DNA of 64,000 nt. It comes from Candidatus Latescibacterota bacterium (GTDB taxonomy: Bacteria; Latescibacterota; UBA2968). Under the pieces are notes generated by a model that worked only from the letters and a program-made list of their open reading frames with translations, ran no database searches and was not told the DNA's origin. A program made the position numbers and the translations under genes. Of this stretch, positions 38,733-48,801 are shown piece after piece. Each line of letters opens with the position of its first letter. Position 1 is the first letter of the stretch. Location: contig OZ242010.1 of the NCBI GenBank assembly GCA_965204745.1, forward strand, positions 1,440,001-1,504,000. Direction: 5' to 3'.

Positions 38733-40972
38733 AACAAAAAATCCTCAGTCGGATGTTGGTCAACAACTACGCCGAGATGTTCGTGATAGGCGGCCTCTCT
38801 GAGTACATACAGTTCCATACCGGGCAACAGCGGGCAAAGCAACCCCATTGCGTAGAGTTTTTGAAAATCACGCGAATGCAGATTCACCATAAAGCGTTGG
38901 AGACCGCGCAAGTCCTTGCGCGTAAAACGCGGCCCATCTTGGGTGCGCTCCCGGATCGCGGCGACCTCTTTTAAGGATTCCCCCCAGGGCGCAATGACGG
39001 CCCGGGTGTCATCGCTAATTACCTTCGCTTTGCGGGCCACTTCTCGGAAACGCAACTCTTTTCGATCTTCCTGAATAGAGCATTCCCGTTTGACATGATG
39101 ATCCGTGGGCACGTATTCAAAAAGCTCTCTAAAGTAACGCCCAAACAACGTCGGATCGCCAGACAAATCGTCCGTATCCAATTGATCCAGCAACCGCGCC
39201 GCAATGTCCGTGGCGACGCGATAGACGCCGACTGGCAACTTGGCGTCCATTGGCCGGAACACCACCACGCGCCCCTTGCTCGGCAGGCGTCCTTCCCGAT
39301 TGCACCGCCCTGCTGCCTGCACAATGGAGTCCAGCGGCCCCAAGGCGCGATAAACCAACGGGAAGTCGATATCCACCCCGGCCTCTACCACCTGCGTAGA
39401 AACCAACCAACAAAATCGGCCTTCCCTTAAACGCCGCCGAACCTTTTTAATCACTTGGGTTCGGTGTTCTGCACACATAGCAGACGAAAGGTGCAATACA
39501 CTCCTCAACTTGGCTTCCAACTCATCTTCTCTCAAGCCTTGCTCTTTCAAAGAATCCCTCAATAGTTCCCACCATTCGGCGGCCTGCTTGCGCGTATTCA
39601 CCACCCCCAAGGCTCGAGGTTCGCTTATCCATTCCGCAGCCAATTCCGACCAATCGCTCTCTGTCTTTCGCACCTCGTACACTACCCGCCCCAACTCGTT
39701 AAACAAATCGCCGGGTTGCGATACAATTTCCTTTACTTCATTCGCATCAAACCCCTGCGGCAACGATGGGCTTTGTCTAAAGGCCGGTTGGGTAGCCGTG
39801 GAAAAAACAAAACTCACTCGGTAGTGTTTCTCGAGATCGCGCAATACATGTAGCAATGGATCGAGCAGATGTGAAGGCAAGGTCTGCACCTCATCCAGCA
39901 ACACCACGGAATTTGCGATGTTGTGTAGTTTTCGGCACTTGGAGGTGCGGTTGGCAAAGAGGGACTCGATGAACTGCACCGAGGTGGTGACGATGATCGG
40001 CGCGTCCCAGTTCTCCGCCGCCAACTCCTCGGGGGACCGACCTTGTTCGTCATTATCATCTTTTGAAGCCACGGCCGAATGGTGCTCAATCACAATGCCT
40101 CTGTTTTTCGGATCGAGCACTTTGCGGTACTCGGCGGCGTTTTGCTCGATAATTGACAGGTACGGTATGACCACGATCACCCGTTGCATTCCATGCCGCC
40201 GCGCATGTTCCAAGGCAAAGGCCATGCCCGAAAGCGTTTTGCCCCCACCTGTCGGCACGGTCAGAGAAAAGAAGCCCGCTGGCTCTGCCGCCTTTGCCAA
40301 GCACTCTTCAAACACCCTGTTACGCAACGCATTGAGTTCGCCAGAAGAATCAAACTTGCCCCGGTGCGCTTGCAGTCGCTCCAGCAACGACGTTGCATCC
40401 AACTTCACCGAGCGTCGTTCTTGGCCGCGGCTAAATTGTTCCGTATCCAGAAAATCCGCATCCACCAAGCAGGAAAACAACATTCGCACGTAGAATTCTG
40501 TGATGGCGGGATCGTCAAATTCCGGTTCGGCTAACTCGTTGGGAATTTTGCCCAGTTCCTCTTCAAACCGGTTGACCAGAGGATCGAGCCCGTTCATAGC
40601 ATCGTACTTTTTCCCATAAACCAATGCCTGCAAATCGCTCAAGTCATGCAACCCCGCATGATGCCCGGCAACGGCAAAAGCTGGGCCGCCCCACCCTCGT
40701 TGAAAAGCCAGCGCAGCACCATACACCGCATGATGTGTTTCAGCGGATACAAGGCGTTTGCCTGCCAGATATTCTTGGAATGGCTGCCGATATTTTCCAA
40801 GGTCGTGCAACAGACCTGCGAGGTGGGCTTCATCTGCCAACCCAAAGGGAGCGGCGAATTGTCGGGCCAATTCCGCGACATTGTGCAGATGGGTAGAAAG
40901 CAATTGCCAGCGCGATTGATTCGGATCGCGTTCTCCGGTCTCTGTTTCGGCTGTGTGGGCGTAATAGTTCAT
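38729..40972 (-). CDS. cas3: Cas3 HD-nuclease/helicase
   Basis: LHDLGK, GHHAGL, VDADFLDT, PTGGGKT, DEVQ, STAT, QAAGRCNREG. Confidence 0.97.
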   Translation of the reverse strand: MNYYAHTAETETGERDPNQSRWQLLSTHLHNVAELARQFAAPFGLADEAHLAGLLHDLGKYRQPFQEYLAGKRLVSAETHHAVYGAALAFQRGWGGPAFAVAGHHAGLHDLSDLQALVYGKKYDAMNGLDPLVNRFEEELGKIPNELAEPEFDDPAITEFYVRMLFSCLVDADFLDTEQFSRGQERRSVKLDATSLLERLQAHRGKFDSSGELNALRNRVFEECLAKAAEPAGFFSLTVPTGGGKTLSGMAFALEHARRHGMQRVIVVIPYLSIIEQNAAEYRKVLDPKNRGIVIEHHSAVASKDDNDEQGRSPEELAAENWDAPIIVTTSVQFIESLFANRTSKCRKLHNIANSVVLLDEVQTLPSHLLDPLLHVLRDLEKHYRVSFVFSTATQPAFRQSPSLPQGFDANEVKEIVSQPGDLFNELGRVVYEVRKTESDWSELAAEWISEPRALGVVNTRKQAAEWWELLRDSLKEQGLREDELEAKLRSVLHLSSAMCAEHRTQVIKKVRRRLREGRFCWLVSTQVVEAGVDIDFPLVYRALGPLDSIVQAAGRCNREGRLPSKGRVVVFRPMDAKLPVGVYRVATDIAARLLDQLDTDDLSGDPTLFGRYFRELFEYVPTDHHVKRECSIQEDRKELRFREVARKAKVISDDTRAVIAPWGESLKEVAAIRERTQDGPRFTRKDLRGLQRFMVNLHSRDFQKLYAMGLLCPLLPGMELYVLREAAYHEHLGVVVDQHPTEDFLL

Positions 40973-41071
40973 GATTTAGGTACCTTTTTTGACAGGTCGT
41001 TTTTTTTCAAGCGCGGATTTGTTTTTTTGCTACGGGAGAAAACGAGTACAGAGCGTATTGTCCCTGTGTCG

Positions 41072-41100
41072 AATATACTGAAAATTTGTTTAGGTCGCAA
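41072..41100 (-). promoter_or_regulatory. Candidate sigma70 promoter for the cas operon
   Basis: Minus strand TTGCGA-N17-TATATT about 100 bp upstream of cas3. Confidence 0.5.
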
Positions 41101-41255
41101 TGGGTTTTTCAGTGGTTTGAGACCGCTTGTGGCCTTCGGTTGTCCGGCGATGGTCGAAACGAAAAGCCACCTGCTTTGCAACGGCGGCTTGCAGGGAAAA
41201 AATAAAAATATGCCGTTGCGCCCGCTCCCCATGATCTATCGACGTATCTTCGGGT

Positions 41256-41283
41256 TTGACAAGTCTTCAATTTTTAGTATGTT
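41256..41283 (+). promoter_or_regulatory. Candidate sigma70 promoter for the divergent membrane gene
   Basis: TTGACA-N16-TATGTT. Confidence 0.45.
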
Positions 41284-41425
41284 AGACCGACGGTCGTTAA
41301 TGGTCTTTGCGTGGCAGGGGGTTGTCGGCCTTCTCGAAATTCTGTGACTTGTCTCAAAACCTTATCGGCCCGGCTCGGTTACAGAATACCCGTTCACAGA
41401 TTCAGGGCCAAAAGGAGCGTTGGAT

Positions 41426-42952
41426 ATGGGCGAAGTGTGGCGTCAGATGACGCATTTCTCGGAGGGATATGTGCTGCCGTTGATGAATGTGCTCGTGCCC
41501 CTGGGTATTCTGGTGGTCGGTTGGCTGATCGCCTTGGTGGCGCGGATGCTGACCTACCGGCTGTTGCGGCGCACGGAATTGGACGACAAACTCGCCCGCT
41601 TGACCCTCGGGGAAGCGGGCGCGTCGAAAATCCAGCCGGAAAAGTGGATCAGCAAAGGCGTGTATTACTTGCTGATGTTGTTCGTCCTCGTGGCGTTTTT
41701 TCAATTTATCGGCCTGACACAGGTCACCGAACCGCTCAACCAGTTGCTGGTGCAACTCTTTGCCTTCTTGCCCTTGCTGGTCAGCGCCGGATTGTTGCTG
41801 TTGCTGGCTTGGATCGTCGCCCGTTTGTTATGCGCGCTGGTCGAGCGCGTGCTGTCGGCGGCGAAGCTGGAGGAACGCCTCGGCGAGACCGCCGAAGATC
41901 GAGATCCCAGCCGGCTTTCCATTTCCAAAAGTGTGGGCAATGCCGTGTATTGGCTGGTATTTCTCATCTTTTTGCCGGCCGTGCTGGGCGCCTTGGGGTT
42001 AGAGGGGTTGATGACCCCGGTGCGGGAGATGGTGGGCAAGGCCATGGGGTTCGTGCCCAATTTGCTCGCCGGCGGTTTGATCCTGCTCGTGGGCTGGTTG
42101 GGTGCGCGAATCACGCAGCGCATCGTGGTCAATTTGCTCACCGCCAGCAATCTGGACCAAACCGGCAAAAAAGCCGGGTTGGACGCGGTCTTGGGAGAGC
42201 GATCCTTTTCCAGCCTGGTCGGCTGGGTGCTCTACTACGCCATTTTCATTTTGGCGATCATCGCCGCACTCGATGCCTTGCAGTTCGAGGTCATCTCGAG
42301 ACCCGCCAGCGCCATGTTGGGCCACATTTTTGACGCCATTCCGTCTATTTTCACCGCGGGCCTGGTTCTGATCGTGGCCTATATGGTGGGGCGATTGGTC
42401 CAAGAGATGGTCGTCGGGCTACTGACTAAAATCGGCTTCAACGAACTTCTCGAGCGGCTGGGAATCAGCGCGGGCGAAGACGCAGAAGAACGCAGCCCAG
42501 CCGTGTGGGCGGGGCACCTCAGCCTGGTGGTCATCCTGCTTTTAGCGGCCATAGAAGCGGCCGATCTGCTGGGGTTTTTGGGGCTTCAGGCCCTGCTGAG
42601 CGAATTTACCTACTTTGCCGGGCAAGTGGGCATGGGGCTGATCATTTTCATCCTGGGCCTCTATCTGGGCAATCTGGTCGGCGATATGGTGTCGAGAAAA
42701 GAGATGGCCCAAAGCAAACTGGTGGCTTCGGGCGCGCGCACGGTCGTGATCGTCCTCGCATCGGCGATGGCCCTGAGGCAGATGGGCATTGCCAACGACA
42801 TCATCAACATGGCTTTCGGGCTGTTTTTGGGGGGCATTGCCGCGGCGGTGGCCTTGGCCTTTGGGTTGGGATGCCGCGATTTGGCAAGCGATGCGGTCAA
42901 GGGTTGGTTGGCTGTGCTGGGCAAAAAGGAGGAAGACGATTCCGAGCAATAA
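41426..42952 (+). CDS. Conserved TM-helix repeat membrane protein (CmpX / MscS-associated type)
   Basis: Repeated 'FxPxLxxAxxILxVGWLxAR' TM units; ALAFGLG C-terminal motif; AAGGAG RBS. Confidence 0.82.
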   Translation: MGEVWRQMTHFSEGYVLPLMNVLVPLGILVVGWLIALVARMLTYRLLRRTELDDKLARLTLGEAGASKIQPEKWISKGVYYLLMLFVLVAFFQFIGLTQVTEPLNQLLVQLFAFLPLLVSAGLLLLLAWIVARLLCALVERVLSAAKLEERLGETAEDRDPSRLSISKSVGNAVYWLVFLIFLPAVLGALGLEGLMTPVREMVGKAMGFVPNLLAGGLILLVGWLGARITQRIVVNLLTASNLDQTGKKAGLDAVLGERSFSSLVGWVLYYAIFILAIIAALDALQFEVISRPASAMLGHIFDAIPSIFTAGLVLIVAYMVGRLVQEMVVGLLTKIGFNELLERLGISAGEDAEERSPAVWAGHLSLVVILLLAAIEAADLLGFLGLQALLSEFTYFAGQVGMGLIIFILGLYLGNLVGDMVSRKEMAQSKLVASGARTVVIVLASAMALRQMGIANDIINMAFGLFLGGIAAAVALAFGLGCRDLASDAVKGWLAVLGKKEEDDSEQ

Positions 42953-42989
42953 GCAGCAGGGCACGCGCCCCCTCCTCACATGACTTTTT

Positions 42990-43032
42990 AACGGGCTTTT
43001 GGTCGCTGTGGACCTCGAGCCCGTTTGCTTTT
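42990..43032 (+). terminator. Intrinsic terminator
   Basis: AACGGGCT..AGCCCGTT stem followed by a T-rich tract. Confidence 0.55.
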
Positions 43033-43078
43033 TAATGCGAGATAACCGTTAAGAAATGCGTTCGCCAATGCAACGCGA

Positions 43079-44029
43079 TCAGAACAGCGAGAGTTGGGTG
43101 GGGGCTTCTCTGGGGGTGGGTGTCGCGTGTGGATAGCACGCGGCTTTGAAGGGGCAGGTCGTGCATTGATGGGTATGGGGCGTCATGGGAAAGGCGTCTT
43201 GAGACGCGGTATTTTGATCGGGATCGTCGAGGAGCGCGCGCATTTTTTGGATGCTCTCGGCGACAAAGATGCGCGTCTGCGCGAGATCGTCGGGCGAGAG
43301 ATGGACACTGCTCGCGGTGTTGGTTTGCAAATACACGTCTCGCAGGTGCAAATCGGACAGCGCGATGCCCCATTGCGACGCGGCATACAGCGCGTACACC
43401 GCGAGTTGGTGGCGGTCAGAGGCGCGCTCGCGCCCGGTCTTCCAGTCGAAAATCAAGACGCTTTTGCCATAGCGGATCGCCACGTCGAGCACCACCCAAA
43501 TTTTGGTCTCGCCCAGCGCGAAATCCGCGAGTTTCTCGATGCTGAGGTAGTGCTCGGGCAGAACGGATTGCAAGGTGGCGTACGCATCGGACGCAAAAAA
43601 GGTCTGGAGACTCGCCGCAACGCGCTTGACCGCCTGCATCCGGGCCGCGGCTGAAAGGGGTTCGCCGTAATAGTGTTCAAACAAATTGGTATATCGGGAT
43701 GGGGCACGCCGCCAGCGTTGTTGCTCGGAATCCCGAAGGTGCTGGTCGAACAAGTTTTGCGCGTAGGTCTCCACCGCCTGCGGGGACACGTTGCGTCCCA
43801 GTTGCAACGCCTTGAGCACCTGCTTGATGGCCTCGTGGACCACGGTTCCGATGAGTTGGGGAACCGTGGTCATTTTTTTGAGGCGATAGAGCAGTTGGGC
43901 GTGCGCGTCTGCGTCCTGCTCCCATCCGCCCCAACTGCCGTAGTAGTTGAAATAATACTGCCGCTTGCAGGCTTCAAACATGCGATGCCGCGAGGGAGAC
44001 CAGGAAAATTCGTTTTGGAAAATGGGCAT
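43079..44029 (-). CDS. PD-(D/E)XK RecB/AddB/Cas4-like nuclease with 4-Cys motif
   Basis: SWSPSR..EACKRQYY, GTVVH, VLDV..IFDWKTG, HQLAVYA, CTTCPFKAAC. Confidence 0.85.
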   Translation of the reverse strand: MPIFQNEFSWSPSRHRMFEACKRQYYFNYYGSWGGWEQDADAHAQLLYRLKKMTTVPQLIGTVVHEAIKQVLKALQLGRNVSPQAVETYAQNLFDQHLRDSEQQRWRRAPSRYTNLFEHYYGEPLSAAARMQAVKRVAASLQTFFASDAYATLQSVLPEHYLSIEKLADFALGETKIWVVLDVAIRYGKSVLIFDWKTGRERASDRHQLAVYALYAASQWGIALSDLHLRDVYLQTNTASSVHLSPDDLAQTRIFVAESIQKMRALLDDPDQNTASQDAFPMTPHTHQCTTCPFKAACYPHATPTPREAPTQLSLF

Positions 44030-44062
44030 GGGAGTTGTCAGTTTAGTCTAAGAGGGGATTTT

Positions 44063-44225
44063 AGCCACGAGCGGGGTACAACTGGCGACAGCCAGTTCAA
44101 AGGCACAAAAACACGAGCGGGGTACAACTGGCGATAGCCAGTTCAAAGGGGAGCGATGCGTGTAGGGGCGATGCCTCCGTGCTCGCCCAAAGATACAAGG
44201 GGAGACGGGAGACGGCTGTCCAAGC
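44063..44225 (+). repeat. Two copies of a hairpin unit (44066-44101, 44112-44147) plus a REP (44162) and heptamers
   Basis: CACGAGCGGGGTACAACTGGCGA(C/T)AGCCAGTTCAAA twice; third copy at 50724-50759. Confidence 0.8.
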
Positions 44226-44357
44226 GGTCAGTGGTCTGTCCTATTTTCGGCCGGGAAAAACCAAAAAGTCGCTGCTCCGGCCCCTGCTAATCATACAGGG
44301 GACTGCTTTCGCGGGCGTGATAGTTGTGCTTTTTATCCGCGTTCATCCCTGATTACA

Positions 44358-45662
44358 TCACGCAGGGACAGGGCCGTGGTTGGTTTTTGCCTTCTCCAGC
44401 ACGTCGAAATAAGTCGGAAATGTTTTGGCGACGCACGCGGGATCGTTGATGGTGATGCCGGGGATTTTTAGGCCGATGAGGGACAGGCTCATCGCCATGC
44501 GGTGGTCGTCGTACGTCTCGAGCGCGGCGGGTCGCATGTGGGAGGCGGGATAGACCGTAAGCCCGTCGGCGCGGGTTTCGACGCGGACGCCGAGGCGGTT
44601 CAACTCGGTTTTGAGCGCGGCGATGCGGTCGGTTTCGTGCAGGCGCAGGACAGCCGCGTTGCGGATGTTGACCGGGCTAGTGGCAAAAGGGGCCAGCGCG
44701 CACAGGGTCGGCACGAGGTCGGGCGTGGCGTTCATGTCCAAGTCCAGGCCGGACAGGCGGCCCGTGCCGCGCACTTCGATGCCATCCGGGTCTTTGCGAA
44801 CGCGACAGCCCATTTTGAACAAAATATCGACAAACGCGATGTCGCCCTGAACCGATTGCGCGGTCAGTTGGGGCACGCGCACGCGACCGCCGGTCAGCGC
44901 GGCTGCGGCAAAAAAATAAGACGCATTGGACGCATCGGGTTCGATTTGGTACGTGCGAGGCTCGTACCGTTGCCCGGCGCGCACAGTGAAAGACCGGTAA
45001 TTGCGGTTGACGACTTCCACGCCAAAGTCGCGCATCACGGCGATAGTGAGGTCGATGTACGGCTTGGACACCAGATCGCCGTCAACGCGGATTTCCACAT
45101 CGGTTTGAGAATATGGCGCGACCTGAAGCAGGGCCGTGAAATACTGGCTGCTCTGGTTGCCTTTCATCGCGGTTCGCCCGCCCCGAAGGCCAGAGGCGAC
45201 CATGAGCACCGGGGGGCAGACGCCACCTTTGCCCTCGCAACGCGCCGTTGCCCCCAAGGGCGCGAGCCCGTCGAGGAGGTCTTGGATGGGCCGCTCGCGC
45301 ATCCGCGCAACGCCATCGATCAAATACGTCCCATGGCCCAAGCCGAGGTACGCGGTGAGAAAGCGCGCGGACGTGCCCGAGTTGCCGATGTGGAGTTCCG
45401 CATTCTCAGCGGGGATGCGACCACCCGTGCCAAAAACGCGAAATGTGGCCTCCGATGGGTTTTCATCTACGCGGATGCCCAAGTCGCGCAAGGCATTTGC
45501 CATATACGAGGTGTCGTCGCTCATCAGCGCGTTGTCGAGTTGGCTGATGCCATCTGCGAGCGCGGCGATCAACAGCACGCGGTTGGTAATGCTTTTCGAT
45601 CCCGGAATCGAGACGTCCGCATCGATGGGCGTCGTCAGGGGTTGGATTTCGAGGGTTTGCAT
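44358..45662 (-). CDS. aroA: EPSP synthase
   Basis: PGSKSITNR, GNSGTSARFL, RMRERP, SSQY, ETDRI, DDHRMAM, KTFP. Confidence 0.97.
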   Translation of the reverse strand: MQTLEIQPLTTPIDADVSIPGSKSITNRVLLIAALADGISQLDNALMSDDTSYMANALRDLGIRVDENPSEATFRVFGTGGRIPAENAELHIGNSGTSARFLTAYLGLGHGTYLIDGVARMRERPIQDLLDGLAPLGATARCEGKGGVCPPVLMVASGLRGGRTAMKGNQSSQYFTALLQVAPYSQTDVEIRVDGDLVSKPYIDLTIAVMRDFGVEVVNRNYRSFTVRAGQRYEPRTYQIEPDASNASYFFAAAALTGGRVRVPQLTAQSVQGDIAFVDILFKMGCRVRKDPDGIEVRGTGRLSGLDLDMNATPDLVPTLCALAPFATSPVNIRNAAVLRLHETDRIAALKTELNRLGVRVETRADGLTVYPASHMRPAALETYDDHRMAMSLSLIGLKIPGITINDPACVAKTFPTYFDVLEKAKTNHGPVPA

Positions 45663-45666
45663 GGGG

Positions 45667-47823
45667 TTAGTTCACCGTGAAGGTATTCTCGCTGCGGTGT
45701 CGTCCTCTAACGCCGTTGATGCTCACGTCGCCTACCAATCGGTATTCGCCGGGCGTGGTGGTCGAATAGGCGCACACTTCTCCCGTGCGTGCCGTGCCGG
45801 GAATATCGACCCACGATGTCCCGGATTTTCTCTGCCATTTTGAAGTGTGGACCTCGTATCCACCGATTCCAGCCAAGGGAATGCAGTTCTCCACTGAGAA
45901 AGACGCGAGTTGAATCCGGCCGTTTGACACGCGAAGTCCCGATATCGGGGTATAGGTGTCTGAGCCGCCACCGCTGCCGCTACTACTCGCGCTGACGCGC
46001 TCGGCGTGAACGTAGTTTGAACAACCCGCACCATTGCAAGCCCGCACCCAATAGCCGATGCGGGATGCCCCGCTATTGTGACGCGCGCTTGAGTCCGTCA
46101 CTGTGGCGATCAGCTCACAGCCTCCTGGACAACTCACGGAAAAGAAAAACGCGCTGTCGAAATAGACCCGGTAAAAAGTCGCGCCAGGAGAAGGGGACCA
46201 CGCGATTTGATACTCGGAATCAGAGCGGTCTCGCCAATACCGCGCATTGTTAGGTGGGGGCGGTGTCGCGCCGGCGCTGCTTTGCACGGTCACCCGAACC
46301 CCATCCGAGCAGTTGTTGTCGGTCTCGCGCTCTCCGCTGACGCGCACCACACACGCGCCGTAATAATACGTGTCTGCGCGCAATGGGGCCGTCAGGTTGA
46401 TCGATATGTCACGGGTGCCAGAAGCCGAAAGACGCGCTATCCTGTCTGAACCAACTGGCGTATCACCCGTGGCGATCGTCGCATCGGACGAGCGGTAATA
46501 GCGCATGGTCGTCACGGCAGAAGAACCCGTGCCCGCGTTGCGAACCGTGGCCCTCAGCGCGAAGGATTGCCCGGGCGCCAAGGTGCGATTGCTGACCGAA
46601 GGGGATTCGACAATCAGGTCTGGACGACCGCTATCGCCACCGCCGCCACCACTGCCGGGGGATGTGCCAAAGCTGCGGCTGAAGATCAGAAAATCGGGGA
46701 ACCCAACCGCGCCATCGCCATCTAAATCGTATTTCGCCTCGTACGTCCCATCGCCCCGACGCGCCCCAAACTGGCCTGCAAACAGCAAAAAATCGGGAAA
46801 GCCAACCTCGCCATCGCCATTAAAGTCGGGTGATGGCGCCGCGGGGACTAACAACGCAACGCGCACATCTAGCGTCTCAATCTGCGTTTTGACCCCCGCA
46901 TAATAAAGATCCGCCCTCGTCAACCGAATGGTGCTGCCCGAAAACGCCGCTGTCGTGCGAAAGCGAAACGCGCCAACTAGCCCGCTGTTGACTGTGGCGC
47001 GCCCGCCAAGAGACCCAATGCCAATTTCGACAAAAGTCGGATTTGATCCCCTGTCCTCAAAGCTTTGGACATTGGGCAAGACACCGCCGCCGCTATCGAA
47101 CCTCTCGTAAGCAACTTGAGTTGCGTCGTATTCAAAGCGAAGCGTAATACCCGTGATGTTTTGAATCTGCGCGCCGAAGACCTGAATGGCAACAACGCTA
47201 TCGGGATGGACTTCGACAGAGGCGACTGCTTGATCTCCGGGCGCGTCATCTGCGTCGAGGGAAAGGGAAAAATTGGTGGACGTCACATTAAACGCGATTC
47301 GGTCTGTGGGCATAAACGCGTCGCTCAATGCCGAGTTTTCAGCGAGTATCAACGTCGCAATGCCAATGGAAAATTCCCTGCCCGTGACATCCGCAAGCGT
47401 GGTAAATTCCGCGCGGGCCAAAAATCCCGATGCCTTCAATGTGACAGGGGGATCTGATGCGAAGTTCGTGCCCCTGCCCTGCCTTCCTGGAATGGAGAGG
47501 GAAAACGCGCTGTTCTCGGCTTTGACGAAGCTCAACAGGGACGAATCAAAATCAAAGACGATCTGCATCCCGACCAACGGCGTCGTGACACCCGTTGCGA
47601 AAATTTCGATGGCAATGGTCGTGCCCCGTCCCGAAACCCTGCCCGCTGTGACGCCATCATCTCTCTGATTTCCCGCGCCGCCCGTGGGGATCAGGTCGAG
47701 CGACAGCATCGCATCGGCATTGGCACCGGCAGATGCCTGCCCCGCAAAGACCAGCACGATCAGCGCGATCACCGCTGACAATGCGTGTGCTGAAGTGTTT
47801 TTATCTTTTGTCCATTTCCACAT
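45667..47823 (-). CDS. Secreted multi-domain surface protein (cohesin-like, dockerin/EF-hand-like, CARDB/Ig, FN3-like)
   Basis: Signal peptide; DFNGDGEVGFPDFL and DLDGDGAVGFPDFL; PDLIVESPSV..VRNAG..ETDNNC (CARDB); Gly/Ser linkers. Confidence 0.75.
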   Translation of the reverse strand: MWKWTKDKNTSAHALSAVIALIVLVFAGQASAGANADAMLSLDLIPTGGAGNQRDDGVTAGRVSGRGTTIAIEIFATGVTTPLVGMQIVFDFDSSLLSFVKAENSAFSLSIPGRQGRGTNFASDPPVTLKASGFLARAEFTTLADVTGREFSIGIATLILAENSALSDAFMPTDRIAFNVTSTNFSLSLDADDAPGDQAVASVEVHPDSVVAIQVFGAQIQNITGITLRFEYDATQVAYERFDSGGGVLPNVQSFEDRGSNPTFVEIGIGSLGGRATVNSGLVGAFRFRTTAAFSGSTIRLTRADLYYAGVKTQIETLDVRVALLVPAAPSPDFNGDGEVGFPDFLLFAGQFGARRGDGTYEAKYDLDGDGAVGFPDFLIFSRSFGTSPGSGGGGGDSGRPDLIVESPSVSNRTLAPGQSFALRATVRNAGTGSSAVTTMRYYRSSDATIATGDTPVGSDRIARLSASGTRDISINLTAPLRADTYYYGACVVRVSGERETDNNCSDGVRVTVQSSAGATPPPPNNARYWRDRSDSEYQIAWSPSPGATFYRVYFDSAFFFSVSCPGGCELIATVTDSSARHNSGASRIGYWVRACNGAGCSNYVHAERVSASSSGSGGGSDTYTPISGLRVSNGRIQLASFSVENCIPLAGIGGYEVHTSKWQRKSGTSWVDIPGTARTGEVCAYSTTTPGEYRLVGDVSINGVRGRHRSENTFTVN

Positions 47824-47923
47824 GGTTTCCCCTTTTCTTGGGTGTTTAGATGACCGGATGGATATGACGCAATATAACACGCCTGTTGCATTGCTCAAAA
47901 AAATTAAATAGCACCCATCCGAA

Positions 47924-48796
47924 TCATCTGCGGACCGCCTTTGGATCCAGCGCGTCTCGCAAGCCGTCGCCGACCAGATTGAACGCGAGGACCGTCAAAA
48001 AAATCGCGCCACCGGGGAAGGTGAGCACCCATGGCGCACGCACGATCAATTCGCGCCCTTGGCTGAGCATCGCGCCCCATTCGGGTGTGGGAGGTTGCGC
48101 GCCCAGTCCGAGAAAACTCAAGCCCGCCGCGTCGAGGATCGCGGTTGCCAACCCCAAGGTCGCCTGTACGATCAAGGGGGCGAGGCAGTTGGGCAAAATC
48201 GCGATGGTCAAGATGCGTACATCAGACGCGCCCAATGCGCGGGCCGCGAGGACGTAATCGGTCTCTCGCACGGTCAAAACCGAGGCGCGAACCAAGCGCG
48301 CGTATTGGGGCACGGCGACAATGCCCACGGCCAGCATTGCGTTTTCCAACCCGGGGCCTAAGATCGCCACGATGCCGATAGCGAGCAAGATGCTCGGAAA
48401 AGCCAGCAGGAGATCCATCACGCGCATCAACACTTGATCGATCCACCCGCCCCAATAGCCGGCGACCAGCCCGATACCCGTGCCCAGCACGAGGGCGATC
48501 AGCACGGCAACCACGCCCACGCGCAGGGAGATGCGTGCGCCGTAGATCACGCGGCTCAAAATATCGCGCCCAAAATCGTCTGTGCCAAACGGGTGGGCGA
48601 GCGTTGGGGGCGACAAGCGGTTGTACAGCGCTTGTTGCATCGGATCCGCAGGGGCGATCAAGGGCGCGGCAAAGGCCAGCAACAGGAAGCCCGCGATCAG
48701 TGCGAGTCCCACCACCGAGAGGCGATTTTGACGCAAGCGATGCCACAGCGCGATGGTCTCGGGCCGGGGTTGCAGGGTATCTTGCAGACGCGCCAT
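47924..48796 (-). CDS. Peptide ABC transporter permease (DppC/OppC)
   Basis: HPFGTDDFGRDILSR, GARISL, AARALGAS, LSFLGLG, PEWG. Confidence 0.93.
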   Translation of the reverse strand: MARLQDTLQPRPETIALWHRLRQNRLSVVGLALIAGFLLLAFAAPLIAPADPMQQALYNRLSPPTLAHPFGTDDFGRDILSRVIYGARISLRVGVVAVLIALVLGTGIGLVAGYWGGWIDQVLMRVMDLLLAFPSILLAIGIVAILGPGLENAMLAVGIVAVPQYARLVRASVLTVRETDYVLAARALGASDVRILTIAILPNCLAPLIVQATLGLATAILDAAGLSFLGLGAQPPTPEWGAMLSQGRELIVRAPWVLTFPGGAIFLTVLAFNLVGDGLRDALDPKAVRR

Positions 48797-48801
48797 GCCG
48801 T

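Noticed and set aside
40973-41100. Possible match between sequence following the solitary repeats and the cas3 promoter (CreR/scaRNA-type autorepression)
   Set aside because: Best alignment by eye (AGAGGACATTATG vs CAGGGACAATACG) is weak and mismatched in the seed
44066-44147. Two 36-bp direct repeats with a hairpin that could look like a mini-CRISPR
   Set aside because: Only 10 bp apart, and a third copy is dispersed at 50724; behaves as an interspersed element
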